Below are positions 52,063 through 64,000 of a DNA stretch of 64,000 nucleotides, in pieces. This DNA is from Camelus dromedarius. Its lineage: Eukaryota. The notes under the pieces were generated by a model, which made no database searches, was not told the DNA's origin, and was given only the letters and a program-made list of their open reading frames with translations. A program made the translations under genes and the position numbers. The stretch is from NCBI RefSeq assembly GCF_036321535.1, contig NC_087437.1, positions 74,340,001-74,404,000 of the forward strand, given 5' to 3'. Each line of letters opens with the position of its first letter. Position 1 is the first letter of the stretch.

Positions 52063-52822
52063 ATCGCTTAATAGAAATTGGTTTGGTTTTCTCATTACTA
52101 ATTCTTCACAGTCTTTTCATCTTCTTTATGAATTTAAAATTATCCCCAATCTCTGAAATTACTAAAAAAAAAGTTTTTGTGAGGTTAAAACCTATTTCCA
52201 AATTACCTCTGTTTTCACTTGAGTTGGTCCTGTTTATTCATATGGTCCTCCTCTTAATACTGTTGACTTATCTCAAATGTTTGATGACTCTTCATTTTCT
52301 GTTTCTATTTACATGCAGAGATCTAGGTTAGCTAATCTAAGGACCGAATTTGAGTCTTCTCTGTGGCTCTGATATTTCCTTCTCCTGTATTCTATGGGAG
52401 GGAGGCACTGCTGACTATTTCTCTAGAATGGATGGGGAGGAGGTATTTGATAAACTCCCCTTACTGCGCATGGAGGGGTGGAAACAGGCAGGCTAAGTAC
52501 TCCCAAGTTTGCCATGTAAGGAGAGTTCTGAGGAAGTTAAAAAAAAAAAAAGTAGCATAGTTTATGTCTAAAAGGAATTGCAGTTTTTGCTTTCCTGTCT
52601 ATTATAAACGTCCACAGTTACCTCAGGGTCTACCTCACTTCTCTGTTCAGCCTCAGTATCTAATATAAGAACTATGTCTACTTGCAGGGCATGTTAATTG
52701 ATGAGGCATTCTTAGCACCTAATCCTAGAGTAAATTCTAAACCTAGAAGATCCCTAAAAGGCGGAGCGTGAAGAATTGAGTGGAAGAATGTTACCAAAGG
52801 TACACCGTAAGAAATTAACCTA

Positions 52823-55772
52823 CAGAGCTGTGGCCAACATGGCAAAGTAGGGAGAACTGGAGCTCTCACCTCCTCCCACGAGCACACCAAAATTTACAAT
52901 GTGTACACAGCAACTAGCTATAAGAATGACCTGAAGCCTAGTAGAAAAGATTTTCCACAACTAAAGCTATAGAGAAGGAGCCACAATAGGAGACAGAAAA
53001 GCAGTATATGGCCCCAAGCAGGAAACCCACAAAGGGCAGATAACCACACTGCAGAGGTTCTCCTCAAGGAGCAAGGGGTCCAAGCCCCACACTGGGCTCT
53101 GCAGCCCAGGGGTCCTGCACTGGGAATATGAGCCCCCAGAATGTTGGCTTCGAAGGCTGGCAGGGCATGTACACGGGGGAGCCAGAGTCTGTGGGGACAA
53201 GAGACTCCTCTCTTAAAGAGCTCATGCAAAACCTCACATACTCTGAGTCCCAAAACAGAGGCAGTAATTTGAAAGGAGCTTGGGTCAGATCCACTTACTA
53301 TCCTGGAGTCTGCAACTGTGGCTCCCCCTGGGACACAGACACTGATGGCAGCCAATTTGGGGGGCTTATTCTACCATGAGGACACTGGGGCTTGGAAGCA
53401 CCATTCTGGAGTCCACCCTTCAGCATATTAGCACTAGGGGCAGGCCAGCACCAGCCCCAGACCCCACCAGGGCCCACAGTCAGCTGTCCCAGGACCCAGC
53501 TCCAATGTCAACAGGCCAGCACCAAACCCTGGCCACCCCAGGCCCCACAAGTAGCTCCCCAGGACCCAGCTGTGTCCATGACCAGGCCAGCACCAGTCCC
53601 TGCTGCCCCGACTCCCTAGGCCCTGCAGCCAGTTGTCCCAGGACCTCACACACACCAGCAGACCAGCACCAGATCCAAGACCCTTCAAGCCTCACAGCCA
53701 GCAACCCCAGGACCCAGCCTGCAGCCAGTGGGCAGGCACCAGCCACAAGAACCCTCAGCCACACAGTGAGCCAAGAATGGCAGCCAGCTGAACCAAAACC
53801 CAGACAGGCCCACCACTGGGCCAGGAGACCCTGCATGAGACTGGGTCTGGCAGCCAACCAGGCCAGGGCCCAGCCCTGCCACCAGCACATCCACAGTAGT
53901 TGGCCCCACCACGAAAATAAGGGTCATATAGCCCACATTAAGAGGCACTCTAGGGCATATAGCTCCGGTGACCAGAGGAGGGTGTGCTGCTGGCCCTACA
54001 AAACATCTCCTATATAAGGCCACTTCAAGATCAGACAGTGCAACTCATCTTATCTACTACATGAGAAAAAACACAGAGAAGTAGACATAGTAGGAAATAG
54101 AGAAATGCGTTCCAAACAAAGGAACAAGACAAAACCTCAGAAAAAGAACTAAATGACAAGGAGATGAGCAATTTAACAGACACAGAGTTCAAGGTAATGA
54201 TAGTAAAGATACTCAACAAACTCCAAAGAAGAATGAAAACAGTGAGAATTTTAACAGAGAGTTACAAAATGTAAAGAAGAACCAAATGAACCTGAAGAAT
54301 ACAATAACTGAAATAAAAAACACACTGGAAGGAATCAACTGTAGATTAGAGGATACAGAGGAATAGATCCACACCCTGGAAGACACAGTAGTGGAAATCA
54401 TTCAAGCTGAATAGAAAAAAGACAACAGAATTTTTTTTAATGAGAATTAATCAAGAGACTTTAGGGACACCATCAGGTATACTAACATTCACATTATAGG
54501 GGTCTCAGAAGTAGAAAAGAGAAAGAAAAGGGCAGAGAACTTACACGAAGGGAAAAAAAGCTGAAAACATCCCTAACTTAGAAAAGGAAACAGACATCCA
54601 GGTCCAGGAAGCACAGAGAGTCCCAAACAAGATTTCCCAAAGAGGTCCACACCAAGACATATTATGATTAAAACGGCAGAAATTAAAGATAAAGAGAGTA
54701 TCTTAATAGCATTCAGATAAAGCAACTAGTTAGATGCCAGGCAACTCACATAAGGCTCTCAGCAGACTTTTCAGCAGAAACTTTGCCGGGCAAAAGGGAG
54801 TGGCATGATATATTCAAAATGATGAAAAGCTGGGGGGAGGGGACCTATAACCAAGAATACCCTATCAGGCAAGGCTATCATTCAGATGTGAAAGAGAGAT
54901 AAAGAGTTTTACAGACAAGCAAAAGCTAAAAGATCTCAGGACCACTAAGCTAGCTTTACAAAAAAATGTTAAAGGGACTTTAAAACAGAAAAGACAAGAC
55001 AAATTAGGAAACTCACAAAAGGAAAAACATCATTAGCAAAGGCAAATATACAGTAGAGGTAGTATGTCAGTCACTTACAAAACTGGTAGGAAAAGTAAAA
55101 GACAAAAGTATTGTAATCATGTATATCTACAATAAGTAGTTAAAGGATATACACAAAAAAAGATGTGAACTATGAGGTCAAAAACATTAAAAGTGAGCAG
55201 GTGGAATAAAAATGCAGGTTTGTTAGAATGCATTCAAACTTGAGATCATTATCCTTAAAACAATCATATATATATACACACACACATATATGTATGTATA
55301 TTAAAACAAAGACTGTAACAAGAGACAAAGAAGAAATAATATCCAAAATACACAAAGAACTCATACAACTCAACAACAACAAAAAAAACTAACCTGATTT
55401 AAAAATGGGCAGAGGACTTGAATAGGTATTTTCCTGAAGATGTACAGATGGCCAACCTACACACGAAAAGGTGCCCAACATCACTAATCTTCAGAGAAAC
55501 GCTGGCAAGGATATGGAGAAAAGGCAACTTTCTGTACACTGCTGGTGTGAACTGGTGTAGCCACCATGAAAAACTGTATGTGGGTTCCTCAAAAAATTAA
55601 AAATAGTAATTTCACTTCTGGTTTTTCACCCAAAGAAAATAAAAACACTAGTTTCAAAAGATGTATGCAGTCCAATGTTCATGCAACATTATTCAGAATA
55701 GCCAAGATATAGAAGCAATCTGAGTATCCACCAATAGACAAATGGTAAAGAAGATGTGAGATATATATATAT

Positions 55773-55803
<31 letters not shown>

Positions 55804-56265
55804 TATACATATAATGGAATATTCCATAGAAAAGAATAAAATCTTGCCATCTCTGACAACATGGATCGATCCAGAGGGTATTATGCTAAATAAAATAAGT
55901 CAGACAGAGAAAGAAAAATATCACATGATCTCACTTATATGTGGAATCTAAAAATACAAAACAAACAAAACAAAATGAAAGCAAACTCATAGATACAAAG
56001 AACAAATGGATGGTTCCCAGAAAGGGCAGGGGGACAGAGAGATGGGCAAGAGATAAAGGGTATAAACCTCCAAGTATATAATAAAAGTCTTGGCAATATA
56101 ATATACAGCACAAGAAAAGTGATCAATAATATTATAACTTTGTATGAAAACATGGTTACTAGACTCTGTGGTGATTATTTCATAATGTATGCAAATGTCA
56201 AATCATTATGTAGCCCACCTGAAACTATCATAATATTGTATGTCAACCATATTTCTATTTTTTAA
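52823..56265 (+). mobile_element. TSD-flanked L1 with 5'UTR and ORF1, ORF2 almost entirely deleted
   Basis: Start 'caacatggcaaagtagggagaactggagctctcacctcctcccacgagcacaccaaaat'; 3'UTR ends 'cacctgaaactatcataatattgtatgtcaacc'; TSD aaattaaccta at 52812-52822 and 56266-56276. Confidence 0.9.
54088..54985 (+). pseudogene. L1 ORF1 remnant, near full length but disrupted
   Basis: 'gttccaaacaaaggaacaagacaaaacctcagaaaaagaactaaatga', 'cagacatccaggtccaggaagcacagagagtcccaaacaag', 'gcagacttttcagcagaaact'; stops and frameshifts. Confidence 0.85.
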
Positions 56266-57419
56266 AAATTAACCTAATGATAGTATTATTACCCATTTCT
56301 GATCTGTACATTTAACTCTAAGCTTGAATTTTCTTCAAAATTTTCTTTCTGTCAATTCTTCTCTGTTCCAGTTTGGGGCTAATTTATTTCTACTCTTGTT
56401 TTTTCTGCGAATCAGATCTGCTTTTAGTCTTCCAGAAATTCTTCAAAATGTGTTCTTCCCTGCTGGTACATGATTTCCAAAACATTTACAGATTAAAAAA
56501 TCAGTCTGTGATTTCACTAGTTTGAAACAGGTTAGACAGGATTATGTGCTTAGCCCACTCGCTTGACTTACTCTTTTAAATGTGAGGTTTTAAAACACCT
56601 TCTCTGATTTCAACACTTCACCATCCCTTTCCTGTTTCAGCATTCTCCCAAAGTCATGGCAATGAGGGATCATATCAGGAAAAGTCAGATAATCACCCGG
56701 GCCTTTGCCTTGATTAACTTTGAGATTGCCTGCCTTCAGTGTGGTCAGCCTACCTCCTCCATATGCTATTCAACTCCATATCACAGCCCATGGACTTTCT
56801 CCTATGTCCACCATTGACAGGTTAGGAGTTAAGTTAATAAGATCCTACCTGTAACCTTGATAAAAATGAAGGCAACTTCTATTAAAGAAAAAAACAGAGC
56901 TTTTCTGTGTGATGCTGTTTTATAAATAAGGACATAGCAGATGCAGAAGGCTTAATCCCCAGCTAGCTCTGATTCTCAACCTTCAGTGCTTGAGCAAGTC
57001 CATCCAGAAGAGCTCCCCACCCAAATCTGAGCAAAACCACCTTCAGCAATGCCTACAGCAGAACTTTGTTAAGTAGTCCTTTAAATGCATCCATCCTTTA
57101 AATGCATCCTCTAAATGATTATGGATTCCGATGATCTAAAGAGTGAGAGACTCTGGTAGTTCCTAGTTAATGCCCTTAAATAAAATACTTAACCTCGCTG
57201 GTCCTCAGTTTCTTTTGCTTTAGATAACTATGTTATTCTATGTGCTCTCTTAGGTTTCTCCCAGCTAAATATTTCTGTGAGCTACAGTACAAGAATGAGA
57301 CTGGAGATTTGCCATAATGCTTGAGGGGAAACAACATCTGATTTTAGAGCAGTATGTTTGGTATCCACAGTTAGGAATTAGTATTCCCGTAAGCCAAAAG
57401 TGTCTGCATTTGATACAGG

Positions 57420-57927
57420 TGCCAACTAAAAACTGGCACTTGCCATCTGCCTCTGCAATGGTTAAGTCACACTGGCACTTGCCATCCACCTCTGTTTGGA
57501 TTAAGTCGCAGCTGCTGCAGCCGCTGACCTTCAGCACACCCTGAAAGGAGTTCAGGGTGGAGATCAGGAATGAGGCACTCTGTGCTCTGGGAAAACTGGA
57601 AGAACAGATCTTCAGATAGTTAAGATATTTTCAGGGGAAGATTTTATGAGGCCAAATCCTTGCATCTCCTAATATCTAGAAAAATATTAAAATCATTACC
57701 AGTGACATATGCTCCTTGTGACTAGCAGCAAGCCTCTGCCTAATTGTGTACTTGACTGCACGTACCCTCTTCAATAAAATCATACATAGTACTGAGTTCC
57801 CCCCGCCTCTTTGAAACAGTTTCTCAGAGCTGTCTGAAATACTATCTCCCAGGCTATAGACCTCATTTTGCCCCAAATAAAACTTAACTCACCACTCTCA
57901 CATTGTGTGATTTTATTTCACTCAAAA
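57420..57927 (+). mobile_element. ERV1-class solo LTR (~508 bp)
   Basis: Degenerate inverted termini 'tgccaactaaaaa'...'tttcactcaaaa'; 4-bp flanks cagg/cagt; polyA signal 'ccccaaataaaacttaactc' near the 3' end; motifs 'ccctgaaaggagttcagggtggag' and 'aacagtttctcagagct'. Confidence 0.8.
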
Positions 57928-58124
57928 CAGTCTATAATGAAAGATGGGCTTGATAAATAGCAAATGGCTTGGAATTACAAATAAGTCCTTAGGGATTGTC
58001 TTATTTATACAACCTTCCAAAGAATTACAGGTGGCCTAAATAAAGAGTCTTATTTCCCAGATCATGGTAAAGATCATTTTAGATACAGCAAGAATTCTGT
58101 CCAAGGCTGGTCTCCCCTGACGTC

Positions 58125-58345
58125 AATGAGGTACCATGTAGCAGTGGAAAGGACACAAATCTCAGAGTTGACATAACTGGACTGGAGGTCAGATTCCATT
58201 TCTTCCAACTGTATGGCCTTGGGCAAATAAATTACCCTCTCTGATTTGGTTGGTTTAGCTATAAAACCAGAGGTTGTTATGTGTATTACCTGCTTCAAAA
58301 GATTACTGTTAAGAAAAATGATTGAAACATGCTAAAGGGATTTGG
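58125..58345 (+). mobile_element. MIR SINE
   Basis: 'gtagcagtggaaaggacac..actgtatggccttgggcaaataaattaccctctctga..ctataaaac'. Confidence 0.7.
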
Positions 58346-61300
58346 AAACCGAAAGGCTGTGTGTAATTATAAAGGTGTTTTTAGGGAGAAACTTAAATTA
58401 GCAGAATACCCTTCACTCTTTTTAGAGGTCATAACCGTATTCTAGGGCATGGAGCCGACTGATTAAACATCTTTTCCAGGTCACAGGTTAGCAGTGAAGA
58501 TTACAAGCTTCGACACTGATTTCTGCAGTACTGAAATCCATACATTAAACCACCATTTCTTTTTGTGCTATGAATCCCCCATCTGCTGTGTACTCTCTCC
58601 TGGAAAAAGACTAGCTTTGTTTTCTGAATGAGATATCAGCTTTCAGGCTCTGGGGCTCCTGAGTACATTTGAGTTAGTGCACCCTCCACCACCAACCGTC
58701 GGCAGATGGATTGTGTCTAAATCAAATGTATCACTGGATTAGAGCGAGATTTGGAACGTGAATCTGCTCAAGGAATGCATATATTTGGTAAAACAGGATA
58801 AATGTGTTTATAAAAAAATTTTTTTTCTTTCTTCAATATTTCCAATATTAAAAATAGTAATAAATAAAAAATAGTTGCTACTAATGGCACTGAAGAGTCA
58901 AAACAGGACCAGAAATACCTGACATTTTGGTGTTGAAGGAAAATCAGAAATATTTGGCATTTTGGTTTTGTTGGTACAATTAGTGAAGCCTAAAAGGACC
59001 ATGTGGAGAGGGAGATGAATCTAAGCCACGTCAAACTAGCAAGAAAGTGGCACCTGTGAAGAAGCCTATTGCCAACTTCAATGATGATTTGTCAGGTTTG
59101 ATTAAAACCTGAATTAAGCAGTCCTCATTAGAACCTCAGAAGGATGAATTACGCTGCATAAATAGATTACTCATGCCTTGATAGAAGCACTGGCACCACA
59201 CACCCTGCTAGTAACTTTCAATTACATTGATAAATGAGAAGTTAAACTGTAATTTTTTTAGCACTATCCATTTTGTCTCTAATATCCTGCCACTTCTGTT
59301 TTTATTGTGATTGAAAAAACAAGGCTGCCATGAAACAGTGATCTAGATTAGTGTCACATTCCAGACCAGGAGATAATGGGAGGTTAGAATTATGGTTGGA
59401 AAAGGGATGCCAAGAGGAGTGAAATGTGTTCTTTCTATATCTCCAATGCTGCCCCAGATATTTTTTAAACTTGTACAATAAGTGCATTTAGGACTTGTCT
59501 TCACTCACATCACAAATAAAGTAGCCAGATTATGGGATAAGCTACTAATGACAGTGTCTAGAAAGTACTATTGGAAAATTTAATCTCACTGGTCAGGGAC
59601 TGGGCTTGTTAACTAGCCAGTAAGTCAATAGATTTCATTTTCTACAGTTAATCTTTGTAACATTTCAAAAATAGAGATGACAGCAAAATCACTTAGCATG
59701 TTGGTCACCATTTCCTCCACTCAGCTGTTTATAAGCATTAATTAAATTCATATCCCATCTCATCCTTTTGGTTCCAGACACACAATCATTTTTCTTATCA
59801 ATGCAGATTATGAAAAATTGGGCTAGGCATTGTGGGAAAGAGGAAAGGCATTAAAAATGAATAGCTGTACTTTCTAAATGGAACTTTTTTTTTTTGCTCC
59901 AACTTTCAGCCCATCTTAGTATGGTTATACACCCAATAAAACAAAAATCTAATTCCTCAAAGACTTGAAAAGCAGTATGTCTATGGTGAAGTCTCTTGTG
60001 CAGGCAAAAAAGGAAGAACTGCATCTAATGACTCTCATGAAAAACTTAAAATCTCCTCTACCCATATCTGCTTCTCCCGGATTTCCACTCCAGAAAGCAG
60101 CTGGTAAAAAACTCTTCTCACCCAAACTCAAAATTCCTCCAGACTTTCTTAGTTTCACTACTCCATCTCCTTTTCTGCTGCTGCCTTCTTGCCTTCTAAA
60201 CCTTTCTCTTCCTCCAAGCCCAGGTGCAGGCCCAGAATGTAAATTAACTTAAGTTTGCTCAGTTTCCCCCAGTTGTCTTCTCCATCCATGACTCTTATCA
60301 GCAGTAAAGAACTGTGATCCGAGTAGCATAATGAATCCTCCTGATAACAGGGAGAAAGGGTCTGATTACTTATCTTTCAATATTTTTACCACAGTTCTAT
60401 TACACCAAGGGGCAGGAAAAACCTATCCAAAAGAAACGAATTGCTAGAAATTTCACTAATAGTGGTCTCTGCTTCACGGTTTGGAGGCAAATTCCTCTTA
60501 GCTTTTCACCTCACCCCACAGCAGGCTCATGCCAGCTTAGATCAGAGGCTTTCAGAACCTTCCCCCTTCAATATAAAAGAACTTCAAGTTGAGAGGAAAG
60601 AAATGTGCGGGGACATTTTTAGTACAGAGGCTTGGAAAAGAAAGAGAAAAAAGAAGAGGGATGAGATTTTAGGTAAGAAAGCATTAAAGGCAAACTACAT
60701 ACTTCAAAGGCATGCAGCAGCTTGGAGCAGGGAGAGACATAAGGAAACAAAGCCCCAAACCCTGGAACTGGAGTCCTGCTCTTCCATTCATACTAGTCCC
60801 TCCCTGGGACTCTATTTACCCCTCTATAAAATGAGGGAATTTGACTGAACGATATGAACAACTCACATCCCTTGATTTTATGAACCCTTCTTTAACTAAC
60901 CGGTCCTCTAACCACCCCGGTCCTTGCTGTAGTCCTCAGGACTTTAACTGTGTGCTTGTCCACAGTCTAAAGATGTGCTGTGCTTTGCTTATGGTCTGTG
61001 CAAACTTCAGCAGTCTCTGAATGCATGCACATTATCTCCACTATTAAATTCATCATATACAACAACACAAATGTTTAATTACCTGATTGATGATGGCAAT
61101 GCACTAAGTTTACAGAAAACGACCTCACAGGAGTTGCCAAATTCAGACAAACGAAGCTGCCATGAATGCAGCTACACATACAAAGAATTAAAGCATTAAA
61201 TCAAAATACATCTGACTAGTTAAGATGTAAGTTGTTGAGTGAACATGAGCTATTTAATATGTTAACATCTATCTATCCAATGGGTAATCCCTTTGAAATA

Positions 61301-62529
61301 GTGACCTAAACAAAAAATGTTCAGCCATTAGAATTCTTCAGCTGTCACATACGAAACTCAGAGGCACTTCTGTCTTGCCCCTCCTCAACTTTATTTCCTA
61401 AAATGGAACTTTCTGACTTTCTTATCTAACAAACATTCATTAGGCTTAGCTTCAAATGCTCTTGGTCTATTCTCAGGATAGGGCTAAAAACCATTCTTCA
61501 GGTTCCAAAAGAAGGAAATTCAAAGAAAGAACTAAAACAGCATGACTTACTATTGGTATCTAATTTTCCAAAGTGAATACTTTGAAAAGAACAACACTCA
61601 TTGATTTGGAGGTAAAAATTCTCGGATTTTTCTCGGTCATACATTATTCTCAGTCATACATTTAATATGTCAAGTTCATCTTTAGCGTAAGAAACACTTT
61701 GGTTATAAGAAGACACTCCATTTTAGGCCTCAGGATAAGATGTCATCATTTGCAGGGAAGGATCTGTTCACTGCTCAGCTCACTGGTGGGCACTAAATCA
61801 ACGTTGTTACATGTTTGACCAAACAAGATGCAAATCTTATTTACATCTGACAGTAAATTGAGTATAAGTCATAGAGCTATTTGCTGGAGACTGAATCAGA
61901 GATAGGATGAAACTTTTAAAACCTCTGGTTCTATTCTAAGATGTCTCACACCAGGAATCAGAACACTGCTGGTAATAAATTGTATTTTGATGATTTTGAT
62001 ATTTTATTGAAAAAATCTACCATAATAAAATGGTAAAAAGAAAAAATAATTTTTCATGTATCTCTTTCTTATCATACAAATTCTTCCCTTCTCTCCAGAA
62101 TACTGAAGTAACACTGGAATATAAATCACACTGTAATATTCATATGGACCCAAAATATACTGGATTCCATGTGACAGCCTGAGAGAATCTTTTAATTGTT
62201 AAGTCCTACAGTGAGGAGAGAGGAGAAATCACTTTAATTTTTTTTTTAACAAAGCTATTTATGTTGTTAAAATAAACAATTCTACAAGGCTTAAAAGACA
62301 TACATTCCACAGTCCTCTAATCCTCTTCCCACACACTCAGTCACACCTTCCTCCCAGACTCTGAAACGTCCATGCCTCATGTCCCTAAATCACTGACTAC
62401 ACCTCTCCAGAAAATCCACCTGCTTGCACTCAGAGGAAGGGGGCAGTGGGTTCCTGACAGCGTCAGCTGAAGGAGGAAATCTAGGGATCCATTTCTTAAA
62501 CAGTCTAGCTAGTAATAATAATAATAATC

Positions 62530-62820
62530 CCGCTTTTCTGTCGTACTCACTCCCAGTTTCAGAGATGCCTCATATCTCCACATGGCCCAAACTGCCTGGC
62601 TACTGGGCTTCACCCCTACCCAGTCCAGATCTCCATTCCTTTGGTCTGCTGATTTCAGCTTTCATCCATCTACTGTGTTGTCATCTCCTCAGTGCTCTTC
62701 CTTGCCACTGTGGATTTACAACTTTAAAAAGAATCACCTTACTGCCCTGTTATTGGGGTTTTAGGAGGAAGCATGGGTTAACATGTATGTGCTCCACTCA
62801 GCCAAAAATCTACCATATTT
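62530..62820 (-). mobile_element. Ancient L1ME/HAL1-like 5' end fragment
   Basis: 'cccagtttcagagatgcct..ctcccattcc'-like motifs ending 'ggggttttaggaggaagcatgggttaacatgtatgtgctccactcagcca'. Confidence 0.4.
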
Positions 62821-63199
62821 AGTCAAAAATCTAAGCTTTCTTTTTTTTACTCTAAATCCTTAAATTTTGATAATCTATACTTGTGTATTTTCTGTAATTT
62901 AAAAATAAATGTAAAATTAGGCCCACAGAATCTGTGATAGTTCTTTCCATACTCAGAGGTTTTCTATAAGTTCTTCACTATTTTCTATTCTGTGGCTAAT
63001 TCTAGATGGTTAAACTTGTTTGAAGTTGGGTCTCTGAATTGGTGTAACTTTCTGTATAGTCCAAATAAATTCAAACTGATATTCAGCAAAAAGATCAGTC
63101 AAGTCAACCATGTAACAGTTAATGAAAACCAAATGTTGGCTTTCTCGACTGCTGCACACAAAGGTGCTTGAAACACAGTTCCTAAGATGGTCCTTCTGC

Positions 63200-63500
63200 T
63201 TGGAGTATTCTCTCTCTTATCCCTTTTAAAATAAACAACCTTACTTACTCTTCAAGGTACAGCTCAAATATTACGGCCTCTCCTTGGCATCCTCTTTTCC
63301 CATCCATTTCCCTGGGAGAAGCAATTACCTCTTTATTTGAGCTCCTTTAATACTCTGTACACACTTCCACTGTAGTGATTTATTGTCTATACCTCCACTA
63401 TATTTTGAATGCCTCAAAGACAGGATCTGTGTTCCATTCTTTTTTGGAAGTGCCAGTAGAGTACCTATAACTCAAAAGAGCATCAGTAAACAATTTTGAA
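63200..63500 (+). mobile_element. L2 3' region
   Basis: 'ttactcttcaaggtacagctcaaatattac..cctct', 'gcctcaaagacaggatctgtgtt', 'catcagtaaacaattttgaa'. Confidence 0.65.
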
Positions 63501-63644
63501 CTTACTCACAATGACAAAAATATCCTCTAATCTGAGAAAATCCAGAACTACACAGGCAGAAATGAGGAACACTCAACTCAAAGTCTACAATAAAGAGAAG
63601 CTTTATGTATGAATCCAATTCCCCCTCACTAAAACTACCTGAAG

Positions 63645-63770
63645 AAGGTATCACCCCTATTTGACAGATGAAACAATTGGGACTCAAATATCTTGGTCAA
63701 GATCACAGCTAATAAATACTAGAATAAAAGCATCTGAACCATCATCTGGTTCCAAAGCTATAGCTCTTGA
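63645..63770 (-). mobile_element. MIR fragment
   Basis: 'tatcacccctatttgacagatgaaacaattgggactca..ggtcaagatcacagctaataaat'. Confidence 0.7.
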
Positions 63771-64000
63771 TTTTTTTTCTTTTTAAGGCTTCTTTCTTAA
63801 GAGATCAGAAAATACAACATGCAGAAAGGAACAGTTTTCCTTCTTCATTTTGCCAGATCTTGGTATATAAATGACTATAGTCTTCAAATACAAGTTATGT
63901 CCAAATGTTTGTTTTTTGACTTATTTTTTCTACATCATTCATTTCTGAGCCATTACATCTGCCATGGTTAGTTAAGCCTGCTGTGAACTCACACAGTCTG

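Larger units (their letters stand above)
49250..52800 (-). mobile_element. Ancient L1ME/HAL1-like fragments; the 5' end probably continues at about 56280-56570
   Basis: T-rich L1 antisense motifs 'atttttataaatatttcatggatatttgaaaagaatgtgtat', 'taccagctttctttttg', 'agtttgactggatggagaatcct', 'caattcaggaaaattttcttc'. Confidence 0.5.

Noticed and set aside
53376..54017. 213-aa ORF and overlapping antisense ORFs (ORF0-like?)
   Set aside because: They lie in the GC-rich, stop-poor monomer array of an L1 5'UTR, give low-complexity P/A/Q/S products, and are not conserved in the homologous UTR-B.
59081..59112. C/D-box snoRNA (ATGATGA ... CTGA)
   Set aside because: The boxes are only about 20 nt apart and there is no terminal stem.
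1..64000. CRISPR array, operon or other prokaryotic/viral system
   Set aside because: No regularly spaced repeats and no long intact ORFs; content is typical eutherian non-coding DNA.

Overview
Non-coding, AT-rich, CpG-poor mammalian DNA (intergenic or deep intron). It is most likely from a camelid: two tRNA-Ala(AGC)-derived vic-1-type SINEs are present, and I saw no Alu, BovB/Bov-A, PRE-1 or CAN SINEs. I cannot support any protein-coding gene, RNA gene, CpG island or prokaryotic feature; every ORF in the track is either a transposon remnant or a chance ORF. Much of the window is recognisable transposable-element sequence: three rearranged L1s, L2, MIR, MaLR/ERVL/ERV1 solo LTRs and MER5/MER53 DNA transposons. 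The structures most worth a second look are four. (1) A 5.9-kb chimeric L1 with two different 5'UTRs inside one 17-bp TSD (19872-25734). (2) A 3.4-kb TSD-flanked L1 that keeps its 5'UTR and ORF1 but has lost almost all of ORF2 through several internal jumps (52823-56265). (3) A multi-level nest MLT1 > L2 > L1MB > younger inserts (about 30010-35370). (4) An orphan ~215-bp duplication-flanked insert resembling a retroposed mRNA 3' end (32543-32758). I found no evidence for a genuinely new biological system. Subfamily names come from my memory of consensus sequences and need RepeatMasker/Dfam confirmation. Boundaries are approximate unless a TSD is quoted.
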